DNA of 51,511 nucleotides from Faecalibacterium prausnitzii (GTDB taxonomy: Bacteria > Bacteroidota > Bacteroidia > Bacteroidales > Bacteroidaceae). The position numbers and the translations under genes are program-made. Numbering within the stretch: position 1 is the stretch's first letter; each line of letters opens with the position of its first letter. The notes below the pieces were generated by a model. It worked only from the letters and a program-made list of their open reading frames with translations, was not told the origin of the DNA and did no database searches. Shown here one piece after another: positions 19,026-28,098 of this stretch. The DNA lies in NCBI GenBank assembly GCA_963639425.1, contig CAVHVD010000048.1:1-51511 (forward strand), written 5' to 3'.

Positions 19026-20105
19026 TCAATCTGTATGGAGTGTTATCCTTGAATAATATTCTTTGCCGTCAGCACTCGTGCCTTTCTCCCACTCGTATCT
19101 GCCCGGATAGCCCAAGTCCAACCGTCGCTGCACCTGCTGTAGCCCGATGCCGCTTCCGCTCTTGTCTTTCGCACTTTTGGGGAAGTTGCTGTTCACAATC
19201 TCGCACCTTATCGTGCCATCCTCCTCGCTTAGGGTTATGCTTATGAAGCTCGGCTCTGTGGGAGAGATTCCGTGCTTAAAGGCATTCTCAATCAAAGATA
19301 TGAATATCAGCGGAGATATTTCCGTTTGTGAGTCTTTTTTCACGTTGAACTCCGTCGTCAGTCTCACGTTTCCCGACAGCCGTATGCGCATCAGCTCTAT
19401 GTAGCTGCGTATGAACTCCACCTCCTTGCTAAGCGTCGTGGTTGGCTGCTGGTTGTCGTACAGCACGTGCCGCAACAACTTGCTGAGTTCCTGTACGGTG
19501 TTCTGCGCCTTGTCCGTGTCGAACGCGATGAGGGCATAGATGTTGTTCAGCGTGTTGAGCAGGAAGTGCGGACTCAGCTGGTTGCGCATGTTCTGTACTT
19601 CGGCCTCCGCCAGTTGCTTGGCCGACTCTTTCTGTAGTGTCTCCAATACGCGCCAGCGTGCGTTTATGCGCACGAACGAGGCCACGAAGACCGTAGGGAT
19701 ATAAGGCACCAATTCGCCGAGAAAGTGCAGAGGATTCCGCATGCGGAAGTCGTAAGGGTCGGGCGGGGGAGCGATGTCGATAATGTCAAACTCTATCCAC
19801 AATTTCCGCATCCACAGATTGAAGACGAAACGGCAGACATAGATCAGTACTACGTTCGCAATCAGGAACAGGCCAGTACGGTTCTTGAACAGCAGCTGCG
19901 GTATCAGCCAGCAATAGTTGCCATAGTAGGCAACAACAAAGGTCATCCCGGCAACGCCCACCCACTTGCAGTATGCGGCAAGCGGCATCACTTCCACACC
20001 GGCCTGCACTATGATCAGATAGGGAAAGAGGAATATCAGTCCCCACACGGCAACGTGTGGCAGCAGCTTAAAGAATATCTCCCTGAACGTCGGTTTATCC
20101 CTCAT
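19026..20105 (-). CDS. LytS-type sensor histidine kinase
   Basis: N-terminal TM helices; QLSPHFLLNTLNNI, LIENAFKHG, SGIGL. Confidence 0.94.
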   Translation of the reverse strand: MRDKPTFREIFFKLLPHVAVWGLIFLFPYLIIVQAGVEVMPLAAYCKWVGVAGMTFVVAYYGNYCWLIPQLLFKNRTGLFLIANVVLIYVCRFVFNLWMRKLWIEFDIIDIAPPPDPYDFRMRNPLHFLGELVPYIPTVFVASFVRINARWRVLETLQKESAKQLAEAEVQNMRNQLSPHFLLNTLNNIYALIAFDTDKAQNTVQELSKLLRHVLYDNQQPTTTLSKEVEFIRSYIELMRIRLSGNVRLTTEFNVKKDSQTEISPLIFISLIENAFKHGISPTEPSFISITLSEEDGTIRCEIVNSNFPKSAKDKSGSGIGLQQVQRRLDLGYPGRYEWEKGTSADGKEYYSRITLHTD

Positions 20106-20165
20106 GTCACGATTTTGTTCTTACGGCAACGTGGATGTAACGAGTCACATCCACGTTGCTCCTCA

Positions 20166-21383
20166 TTATTCATATCTGATTGCATCTATCGGGTCGAGGT
20201 TGGCAGCCTTCTTTGCCGGATACCATCCGAAGAACAGTCCGATGATGGTGCAGACGGCAAAGGCCAGTCCTATGCTCGAAGTCTCTATCACCACGGGCAT
20301 ATCCATTATCGTCAGTCCGACGACGGCACCCAGACATCCGACGATGATGCCTACCACGCCTCCTGCCAGGCACTGCACGAGTGCTTCGATGAGGAACTGC
20401 GCAAGGATGTCTGCACCGCGTGCGCCCACCGACATTCGCAGACCGATCTCACGTGTGCGTTCGGTGACGGACACATACATTATGTTCATGATGCCGATGC
20501 CCCCCACGAGCAGCGAGATGCCCGCTATGCCCGCCAGCAGTGCTGTCAGCATCCCCGTAACAGTGTCCATCATCTCCATCATCTCCTGCATGGAACGTAT
20601 GGTGAAGTCGTCCTCGTCCGCGCCTTTCAGCTTGTGTGTGCGGCGCAGGATTTGCGTCGTCTCGTTCTCGGCATTGGTGGTTAGTTCTTCAGACAGAGCC
20701 GATGCCATGATGCTGCCCAGGTATGTCTGCGACTGTAGTCGCTTCATCACCGTCGTGTATGGTGCCAGCACAATCTCGTCTTGATCCATGCCCATCGAGT
20801 TGTATCCCTTTGCCTTGAGAAGTCCAACGACACGGAACGGCACCTGGTTCAGCCTGACGGTCTTGCCTATCGGGTCTTGCCCGGGGAAGAGGTTGTCGGC
20901 AATGGTCTTGCCAATCACCATCACCTTTGCCGACACACGTTCGTCTTCTTCGGTGAACATCTCGCCCTCTTCTATCTCAAGTTGCCGTATGGTCAGGTAG
21001 TCCATGCTCACACCACTCACCGATGCCGGATAGTTGTTGCCTCCGGCGATGAGCTGTCCCGAAGCCGACGACACCGGCGATATGGCCGAGAGGAACGTAG
21101 CCTCACTGCGCAGAGCTTCGTAGTCGGCAATCTTCAGTGTCTGCATGGCACTGGCTTCCTGACGCACGCCACCGCGCGTCTCGCCACCCGGCATTATGGT
21201 GATGATGTTCGTCCCCATTTCGGAGATCTGGCCCTTCACCTGTTCTTTCGTCGCCTGTCCGAGGCTGAGCATCGCAATCACGGACGCAATGCCGATGATG
21301 ATGCCCAGTGCTGTCAGGAACGAGCGCATCTTGTTGTTGGCAATGGCCTTGAACGCTATTCTGAATAGATTTGTAAAGTTCAT
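20166..21383 (-). CDS. MacB-like ABC transporter permease
   Basis: RSFLTALGIIIG and GGIGIMNIMYVSVTERTREIGLR; start MNFTN. Confidence 0.94.
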   Translation of the reverse strand: MNFTNLFRIAFKAIANNKMRSFLTALGIIIGIASVIAMLSLGQATKEQVKGQISEMGTNIITIMPGGETRGGVRQEASAMQTLKIADYEALRSEATFLSAISPVSSASGQLIAGGNNYPASVSGVSMDYLTIRQLEIEEGEMFTEEDERVSAKVMVIGKTIADNLFPGQDPIGKTVRLNQVPFRVVGLLKAKGYNSMGMDQDEIVLAPYTTVMKRLQSQTYLGSIMASALSEELTTNAENETTQILRRTHKLKGADEDDFTIRSMQEMMEMMDTVTGMLTALLAGIAGISLLVGGIGIMNIMYVSVTERTREIGLRMSVGARGADILAQFLIEALVQCLAGGVVGIIVGCLGAVVGLTIMDMPVVIETSSIGLAFAVCTIIGLFFGWYPAKKAANLDPIDAIRYE

Positions 21384-21397
21384 AAATGTCTGCCTCC

Positions 21398-22147
21398 TCA
21401 ATCGTCATCCTTCTGAACAGGCAGTGCGGCGAGAGCCTCCGCTGCGTCAAGGATGTTGTTGTTCACTGTGTCACTCTTGATCTGTCCGTCGCGCAGCTGG
21501 ATGGTGCGTGTGCTGTACTGTGCGATTTCCGGATTGTGGGTGACGAAGATAATGGTGCGCCCCTCGGCGTGTAGCTTCTGGAAGAGCACAAGAATTTCGA
21601 ACGAGGTGCGGGTGTCGAGGTTGCCCGTGGCTTCGTCGGCAAGTATCACTGCCGGATTGTTGACCAATGCACGTGCTATTGCCACGCGCTGCATCTGTCC
21701 GCCCGACATTTGGTTGCTCTTGTGCTCCAGACGGTCGCCCAGCCCCACGGCTATCAGAGCTTCGACAGCCCGTCTGTGGCGTTCCGCCGCAGACACCTCG
21801 TCGTTGTACATCAGTGGCAACTCGACGTTCTCCACGGCCGTTGTCTTGGCCAGCAGGTTGTAGTTCTGGAACACGAAGCCTATCTTTCGGTTGCGGAGCC
21901 GTGCCCGTTGGTTCTTCGACATCGACTTCACCGGCACGCCGTCGAGTATATACTCTCCGCTCGTGGGAGTGTCGAGACAGCCCAGCGTGTTCAGCAACGT
22001 AGACTTGCCGGACCCCGATGTTCCCATTATGGTGACGAACTCGCCCTCGGTGATGGTGAACGAGACACCGCGCAGGGCGTGTACCGTCTCGCCGCCGACG
22101 ATGAAGTTCCGTCGTATATCATGTAGTTCAATGACTGCTTTACTCAT
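21398..22147 (-). CDS. MacB-like ABC transporter ATP-binding subunit
   Basis: GTSGSGKST, MSGGQMQR and ILADEATGNLD motifs. Confidence 0.95.
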   Translation of the reverse strand: MSKAVIELHDIRRNFIVGGETVHALRGVSFTITEGEFVTIMGTSGSGKSTLLNTLGCLDTPTSGEYILDGVPVKSMSKNQRARLRNRKIGFVFQNYNLLAKTTAVENVELPLMYNDEVSAAERHRRAVEALIAVGLGDRLEHKSNQMSGGQMQRVAIARALVNNPAVILADEATGNLDTRTSFEILVLFQKLHAEGRTIIFVTHNPEIAQYSTRTIQLRDGQIKSDTVNNNILDAAEALAALPVQKDDD

Positions 22148-22198
22148 ACTTTCTCCTATGTTATATGTATGGTGATCCTTACTTGACATCTACTGCCA

Positions 22199-23416
22199 TC
22201 ACATCGGGCCGGGGCCGGGACCGCCGGGGCCACCGCCAGGACCTCCGAACATGCCGCCACCGCTGCGCTGCGACAGTGAGTCAAGCTCGCTCATACCGGA
22301 AACCACACGTGCTTCGAGAATGACCTCCGTGCCTTCGGGCAGTCCGCTGATGATCTCGGTGCTTGCCTCGCCCTGCACGCCGACCTTCACTTCATGTGCG
22401 GTGAACACGTCGCCGTCCTTTGTCCAAAGTTTGTTGGCAGCCCTCACATTGTTCACTGTGGCATTGCCCACCAGCTCCTTGGTCGGCGTGAAGCGCAGGG
22501 CCTTGTTGGCCACGGTCAGCACGTTGTCGTGTTCGTTCTTGTATATCGTGACATCGGCCGTGAGCCTCGGCATCAGCTTCAGGTCCGGATTGCTGGCTGC
22601 AATCACGACCTCATAGGTCACCACGGTCGACGTTGTGGTGGACGAGGAGCTGCTCGTGCTGCCCATGCGCACCTGCTTCACCACGCCTTCGAACGTGTCA
22701 TCAGGATAGGCATCTACGGTGAACACGGCACGCTGGCCTTCCTGCACGCCACCTATGTCTGCCTCGTCGACATCGGCCACCACCTCCATCTGCGTCATGT
22801 CGGCTGCAATGACGAAGAGGCACGGCGTCTCAAATCCTGCTGCCACGGTCTGTCCTTCCTCGACCTCGCGGCTTATCACGACACCGTCTATCGGCGACGT
22901 GATGGTGGCATAAGACAGGTTCCTGCGTGCCTTGGCAAGCGATGCCTCGGTGTTCTGGAGTTGGCTCTTTGCGTTCAGGTAGTTATACTCATACTGTTCG
23001 AAGTCCTGATCGCTGATGAGCTGCTTGTTGTGGAGTGCGACGTTGCGCTCATAGAGCTTGGTCTGGTACTCGAAGTCGGCTTTCGCACTGCTGTACTGCG
23101 CCTGTGCGCTCTGCAACTCGCTGTTCAGCGTCACGCGGTCCATCTCTGCGATGAGCTGTCCCTTCTTCACCTCGGTGTTATAGTCGGCATAGAGCTTGTC
23201 GATGATGCCGCTGACCTGCGTACCTACTTCTACTTCGGTCACGGGCTTCACCGTGCCGGTGGCGGTGATGGACTCTGCCACGTTTCCTCTCCCGATTTTC
23301 ACGGTCTCGAACGCAATGGTCTGTTTGCTCTTCCCGTTGCCGCCGAAGATGAAAATCCCGATTGCTACCGCCACGATTGCCACGACAGCAATCCATACCA
23401 TAGTCTTCTTTTTCAT
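22199..23416 (-). CDS. MacA-like efflux periplasmic adaptor subunit
   Basis: VEVGTQVSG, ITSPIDGVV, VDEADI; N-terminal anchor. Confidence 0.93.
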   Translation of the reverse strand: MKKKTMVWIAVVAIVAVAIGIFIFGGNGKSKQTIAFETVKIGRGNVAESITATGTVKPVTEVEVGTQVSGIIDKLYADYNTEVKKGQLIAEMDRVTLNSELQSAQAQYSSAKADFEYQTKLYERNVALHNKQLISDQDFEQYEYNYLNAKSQLQNTEASLAKARRNLSYATITSPIDGVVISREVEEGQTVAAGFETPCLFVIAADMTQMEVVADVDEADIGGVQEGQRAVFTVDAYPDDTFEGVVKQVRMGSTSSSSSTTTSTVVTYEVVIAASNPDLKLMPRLTADVTIYKNEHDNVLTVANKALRFTPTKELVGNATVNNVRAANKLWTKDGDVFTAHEVKVGVQGEASTEIISGLPEGTEVILEARVVSGMSELDSLSQRSGGGMFGGPGGGPGGPGPGPM

Positions 23417-23458
23417 AATGCGTTGTTGTGTGTATGTTTTTTGATTTTGTTCTTTTTG

Positions 23459-24871
23459 TCACTCGATGTTTATGGCATCACCCTTATAGAAGTCAAGCAA
23501 CTGCTCGTTCATCAGGGCCATGTACTTTGCCTGCAACAGCTGCTGCTGTGCGCTCAGCAGGTTGTTCTGTTCGGTCAGCAGCTCCACCGTGTTCTTCATG
23601 CCCAGGGTGAACTGCTCCTGCACCAGGTCGAAGCTGGTCTGCGCGCTCTTGACCTGCTCCTTTGCGGCGATGTACTGCTGCTGTGCGCTGTTGGCATCGA
23701 GCCACAGGTTCTCGATGTTGCTGTACAGGGTCTTCTGCTTGTCTTGCAGCTGAAGCTCGCTGTTGCGCTTCTGTATCTTGGCTTTCTGTATCTGCGACTT
23801 CGTGGAACGCTTGTCGTAGATAGGGATGCTCAGGGTCAGCCCCAGCGAGTTGTTCCAGTTGTTCTTCACCTGCTCGCGAAAGGTGAAGTCGCTGCCGTTG
23901 GCATTGCTTGTTCCGATGCCGGCACTAAGGCTCAGCGTCGGCAGGTATCCGGCTCGCGCCACCTTTATCGCCACGTCGGAGGCATCTATGTCCAGCTTGC
24001 CGGCCTGTATCTCTGGACGCATGGCCAGGGCGGCGTTGTACACGTCGGTGCGCGATGGCAGCGGTGTCAGCACGTCGTCGTCGCTGATTTCGGGCAGATA
24101 CAGGTTCATCTCTTCCTCGCCGCCAAGCTCGAGCAGCTGCTTCAGCTGTAGCTTGTAGTTCTGGAGGTTGGCCTGTGAGGTCACGAGTGAATAGTTGTCC
24201 TGACTCACCTGTGACTCCAGCTGTGCCAGGTCGGCCTTGGAGATGCTTCCTGCCTCAAACAGCTGCTTGCTGCGCTCAAAGTTGGCGCGGCTGGTTTCGA
24301 GCGTGGACTCATTGATCTTTATGGCCTCTGCCGAGTACAGAATTTGAATGTACATCTTCGTGATGTTCTCGATGATGGCGTTCTCGCTCTCCGCCACGTC
24401 GAGATTTGCCGATTCGGCACTCAGCTGTTGTTGCTTCAGCGTGTTCAGCCTGCTGCCGTTGAACAGCGTCCAGTTCAGGTCAACGCCGTAGCTGCCGTTA
24501 TAGCTGGTCTTGCTCGACGACGTGGTGATGAGGTCGCCGCTGATCATCGTGTTGTTCGTACTATTGGGGCGGTTCACGATGCGCTGGCTCACGTTGGCGG
24601 AGATGTTGGGCAGGAAGTCAGCCTTGGCCGAGGCAACGTCAATCTGCGAACTAACGGCACTCAGTCTGTTCTGCTGGATGCTGATGTTCTGCTTCAGGGC
24701 ATAGTCGATGCAGGCTTGTAGCGTCCATTGTCCGGGCTGCGCCACGATGGTCTGTGTGGTGTCGGTGCTGGCGGGGTGCCGGTGCACGGTGATGTCCGTT
24801 TGGGCACCTGCGCCTATGCTGCAAGCCATGCTGAGCACTGTCAGTCCAAAGATCTTGTCAAATGTCTTCAT
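23459..24871 (-). CDS. TolC-family outer-membrane efflux protein
   Basis: WTLQACIDYAL, two OEP repeats (FLPNISA, YLPTLSL...IPIYD); start MKTFDK. Confidence 0.92.
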   Translation of the reverse strand: MKTFDKIFGLTVLSMACSIGAGAQTDITVHRHPASTDTTQTIVAQPGQWTLQACIDYALKQNISIQQNRLSAVSSQIDVASAKADFLPNISANVSQRIVNRPNSTNNTMISGDLITTSSSKTSYNGSYGVDLNWTLFNGSRLNTLKQQQLSAESANLDVAESENAIIENITKMYIQILYSAEAIKINESTLETSRANFERSKQLFEAGSISKADLAQLESQVSQDNYSLVTSQANLQNYKLQLKQLLELGGEEEMNLYLPEISDDDVLTPLPSRTDVYNAALAMRPEIQAGKLDIDASDVAIKVARAGYLPTLSLSAGIGTSNANGSDFTFREQVKNNWNNSLGLTLSIPIYDKRSTKSQIQKAKIQKRNSELQLQDKQKTLYSNIENLWLDANSAQQQYIAAKEQVKSAQTSFDLVQEQFTLGMKNTVELLTEQNNLLSAQQQLLQAKYMALMNEQLLDFYKGDAINIE

Positions 24872-24923
24872 AATTGATATGTGTGTTGATGTGTTTTCTT
24901 CGTTTCCACTCTTCTTGCTGGGA

Positions 24924-24990
24924 CAAAGGTATCTTGTTCCGTAAGCCGTACAAACCGAAATCGACAAACACAGTCTTTTTGCCGACCAAC
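24924..24990 (-). promoter_or_regulatory. tolC-operon promoter with a putative LytTR direct-repeat site
   Basis: TACCTTTG -7 box (24924-24931, minus); CGACAAAC (24962) and CGACCAAC (24983) repeated 21 bp apart just upstream. Confidence 0.6.
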
Positions 24991-25057
24991 GGCATACGCT
25001 CCGGAGCGCACGGGAGCGTTTGTCCGGTGCAGATCTCCCGATGTCCCCGTGTGGTTT

Positions 25058-25190
25058 CCAACGATATATATCCGTAGGGGTCAAGCATATATATCGTTAG
25101 GTGCTATACTTATATATGATTAGGGTGTAAGGATATATATCTGTGACCCCCACGGATATATATCTTCAGACACCATATTTATATATGTAC
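25058..25190. repeat. Six 23-bp-period palindromic units with ATATATAT-type cores
   Basis: Core 10-mers at 25063, 25086, 25109, 25132, 25155 and 25178; flanks (cgttaggtgctat, taagg) resemble those of the ATGCCCAT arrays. Confidence 0.85.
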
Positions 25191-25201
25191 AGCGGGGTGG
25201 G

Positions 25202-25309
25202 TTGTGGACGTACAGCCACGGATTTGTGGCTGTACGTCCACAGAGCTGTGGCTGAACGTCCACGGAGCTGTGGCTGAACGTCCACAGAGTTGTGGTTGAA
25301 CGGTCACAG
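25202..25309. repeat. Five 22-bp tandem units, consensus CTGTGGCTGAACGTCCACAGAG
   Basis: GTGG..CCAC units at 25204, 25226, 25248, 25270 and 25292; related units at about 7923-7950 and 42938-43012. Confidence 0.9.
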
Positions 25310-25384
25310 TCGTCTCGATATTAAAATGATGTTAAATGAACGTCGTTTTTATGCTGAAGAACATAAAAATCGGGACAAAGGCAG

Positions 25385-25392
25385 TAACTTTG
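25385..25392 (+). promoter_or_regulatory. Bacteroidetes sigma-A -7 box for the small ORF
   Basis: TAACTTTG followed by CA, about 80 nt upstream of ATG 25471. Confidence 0.7.
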
Positions 25393-25470
25393 CAGCGACA
25401 AAGAAAAGGTAAAAGGATTGTTTAATGGCTCTCCGAAGCGCGGGGAGCGAATGAAAGAGGAGATTTGATC

Positions 25471-25617
25471 ATGATGAACTTGAAGACAAATGCAACAGTT
25501 ACAAAGCTTAGGTATCAGATTCAGCGTTATCAGGACATGGGCAACGGAATAATGTGCCAAGTCCTACAGAAGCAGCTCGACAAGCTGATTGTGGTGAACG
25601 GCAACATCAAGGCTTGA
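25471..25617 (+). CDS. Small 48-aa protein of unknown function
   Basis: MMNLKTNATVTKLRYQIQRYQDMGNGIMCQVLQKQLDKLIVVNGNIKA; own promoter, AGAGGAG upstream, terminator downstream. Below the ORF-track length cutoff. Confidence 0.75.
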   Translation: MMNLKTNATVTKLRYQIQRYQDMGNGIMCQVLQKQLDKLIVVNGNIKA

Positions 25618-25690
25618 GGCTTTCACGGCCGAGGGCTGTCGTTCCTTACGAGAGAACATAAGGTTTCATAAGTGTAAATATTAGTAGACA

Positions 25691-25741
25691 GAGAGAGAGG
25701 AAGTGCGCACGCATTCGCGTGGACTTCCTCTCCCTCTTTTT
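25691..25741 (+). terminator. Intrinsic terminator between the small ORF and the convergent fcl
   Basis: GAGAGAGAGGAAGT...ACTTCCTCTCCCTC followed by TTTTT. Confidence 0.75.
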
Positions 25742-25759
25742 GTCGTCTCTCTTCTCAGG

Positions 25760-26983
25760 TCAGAACGTCATGCCGAGGCTCTGTCTATACCACCCGTAGA
25801 GCTTCTCCACGCCGTCTTCAATCTCGACGTTGTGATGCCACCCCAGGCGGTGCAGCTTGTCCACGTCAATCAGCTTGCGTGGCGTGCCGTTGGGTTTTGT
25901 GGTGTCCCACGCTATCTGTCCGGTGAAGCCCACGGTGTCTGCCACGAGCTGTGACAGTGCCTTTATGGTCAGTTCCTTGCCTGTGCCGACGTTGATGTGG
26001 CAGTTGCGGATCTCGCCGAGCGACGGTATGGCACCTCCGCGCCCTTCGGAGTTGTTGCGGTTCACCTCGCCGTCGGCTTTCACGCCATAGAACACGCTGG
26101 AGTATTTCTCCACGCCGATGATGTCGGAGAAGTCCACGTTCAGCAACACGTGTACGGAGGCATCAGCCATGTCTTCGCTCCACAGAAACTCGCGCAGCGG
26201 ACTGCCGTCGCCCCACAGCGTCACCTTGTTGTCCTCGATGCCGTAGAACGCCAGTGCCTTCAGTATGCGTCCCCTGTCGCTGCTGCCGCAAACATTGTCC
26301 TTGCCCACAATCTCCTGTAGCTTCGACGGCGGATTTATCGGACGCTTGTTCATGTCAGTACGTATGGCTTCCCAGTCGCCTTCATGGATGAGCTTGGCCA
26401 GGTAGACCTTGCGCATCATGGCCGGCAACACATGGCTGTTCTCGAGATGGAAGTTGTCGTTCGGCCCGTACAGGTTGGTGGGCATCACTGCTATGTAGTT
26501 CGTGCCGTATTGTAGGTTGTAGCTCTCGCACATCTTCAGTCCTGCAATCTTCGCTATGGCATATTCCTCGTTGGTGTACTCCAACGGCGATGTCAGCAGC
26601 GAGTCTTCCTTCATGGGCTGCGGTGCGTTCTTGGGGTAGATACATGTGGAGCCGAGGAACAGCAGCTTCTTGACATGATGCAGGTATGCCTGTTCGATGA
26701 CGTTGCACTGTATCTTCATGTTCTGCATGATGAAGTCGGCGCGGTAGAGCGAATTGGCCATGATGCCGCCAACGAACGCCGCGGCCAGCACCACGGCATC
26801 AGGGCGTTCACTGTCGAAGAAATCCTTTACGGCGGCTTGATTGGTCAGGTCTAACTCCTTGTGACTGCGCCCGACCAAATTGGTGTAACCTCTCTTTCGA
26901 AGGTTGTTCCAGATGGCCGACCCCACCAGTCCGTGGTGGCCGGCAACGTATATTTTCGAGTCCGTAGCAAGCATACTCATCAC
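25760..26983 (-). CDS. fcl: GDP-L-fucose synthase
   Basis: [22 protein letters not shown] and [11 protein letters not shown] motifs; downstream of gmd. The exact start among several Met codons is uncertain. Confidence 0.95.
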   Translation of the reverse strand: MMSMLATDSKIYVAGHHGLVGSAIWNNLRKRGYTNLVGRSHKELDLTNQAAVKDFFDSERPDAVVLAAAFVGGIMANSLYRADFIMQNMKIQCNVIEQAYLHHVKKLLFLGSTCIYPKNAPQPMKEDSLLTSPLEYTNEEYAIAKIAGLKMCESYNLQYGTNYIAVMPTNLYGPNDNFHLENSHVLPAMMRKVYLAKLIHEGDWEAIRTDMNKRPINPPSKLQEIVGKDNVCGSSDRGRILKALAFYGIEDNKVTLWGDGSPLREFLWSEDMADASVHVLLNVDFSDIIGVEKYSSVFYGVKADGEVNRNNSEGRGGAIPSLGEIRNCHINVGTGKELTIKALSQLVADTVGFTGQIAWDTTKPNGTPRKLIDVDKLHRLGWHHNVEIEDGVEKLYGWYRQSLGMTF

Positions 26984-28065
26984 TCCGGCATTTGTGCTTT
27001 CATGTACAGCTTACGGGCGAACTTCATGTCATGCTCGACCATTGTCTTCACCAACTGCTGGAATGTGGTCTTACGCGGGTTCCATCCCAATACCTTCTTG
27101 GCTTTCGTGGGGTCGCCGAGCAGCTGCTCCACTTCGGCGGGACGGAAGTACTTCGGGTCGACCTCAACAAGCGTCCTGCCGGTCTTCGTGTCTATGCCTT
27201 TCTCGTCAGTCCCCTTGCCTTTCCAGCGCAGCTCTATGCCCGCTTCCTTGAATGCCAGTGTGCAGAATTCGCGCACGGTGTGATATTCGCCCGTGGCAAT
27301 CACGAAGTCGTCCGGCTTCGGCTGTTGCAGGATGAGCCACATACACTCCACGTAGTCCTTGGCGTAGCCCCAGTCGCGCAGCGAGTCAAGATTGCCAAGA
27401 TAGAGCTTGTCCTGATAGCCTTGCGCTATGCGTGCCGCCGCCAGCGTGATCTTGCGTGTCACAAAAGTCTCGCCACGGCGTTCGCTCTCGTGGTTGAACA
27501 GGATGCCGTTGCAGCAGAACATGCCGTAGCTCTCGCGGTAGTTCTTCATTATCCAGTAGCCGTACAGCTTGGCGACGGCGTAGGGCGAACGTGGATAGAA
27601 CGGTGTGGTTTCCTTCTGCGGTATTTCCTGCACCTTGCCGTACAGCTCCGATGTCGATGCCTGATAGATGCGGCAACTTTTGTCCAGTCCGCAGATGCGC
27701 ACTGCCTCAAGCAGACGCAGCACTCCCGTGGCATCGGTGTCGGCTGTGAACTCGGGCACGTCGAACGACACCTTGACGTGGCTCTGTGCTGCCAGGTTGT
27801 AGATTTCCGTAGGGCGTACCTCACTGATGATGCGCACCAGTGATGAGGAGTCGGTCATGTCGCCCCAATGCAGGTTGACGAGGCGTTTGTTCTTCATGTC
27901 GCGCACCCACTCGTCGAGATACAGATGCTCGATGCGCCCTGTGTTGAATGATGACGAACGGCGCAGGATACCGTGAATTTCATATCCCTTTTCCAATAGG
28001 AACTCTGCCAGATACGAGCCGTCTTGTCCCGTTATTCCGGTGATAAGTGCTACTTTTCTTTCCAT
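26980..28065 (-). CDS. gmd: GDP-mannose 4,6-dehydratase
   Basis: [17 protein letters not shown] and PRSPYAVAK motifs. Confidence 0.98.
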   Translation of the reverse strand: MERKVALITGITGQDGSYLAEFLLEKGYEIHGILRRSSSFNTGRIEHLYLDEWVRDMKNKRLVNLHWGDMTDSSSLVRIISEVRPTEIYNLAAQSHVKVSFDVPEFTADTDATGVLRLLEAVRICGLDKSCRIYQASTSELYGKVQEIPQKETTPFYPRSPYAVAKLYGYWIMKNYRESYGMFCCNGILFNHESERRGETFVTRKITLAAARIAQGYQDKLYLGNLDSLRDWGYAKDYVECMWLILQQPKPDDFVIATGEYHTVREFCTLAFKEAGIELRWKGKGTDEKGIDTKTGRTLVEVDPKYFRPAEVEQLLGDPTKAKKVLGWNPRKTTFQQLVKTMVEHDMKFARKLYMKAQMPE

Positions 28066-28098
28066 TGTAATAGTGTGCTTATGTGTATGTTTCTGTAA

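Noticed and set aside
22394..24151. 585-aa plus-strand ORF and other long antisense ORFs (9561-10607, 15096-16247, 36809-38065, 43522-44823, 47436-48695)
   Set aside because: Shadow frames opposite well-supported genes in GC3-rich DNA, with no recognisable motifs.
25058..25309. Possible CRISPR arrays (also 8010-8120, 36010-36120, 42800-42910)
   Set aside because: Units are contiguous 22-23-bp periods with no unique 30-40-bp spacers, linkers are conserved between loci, and there are no cas genes.
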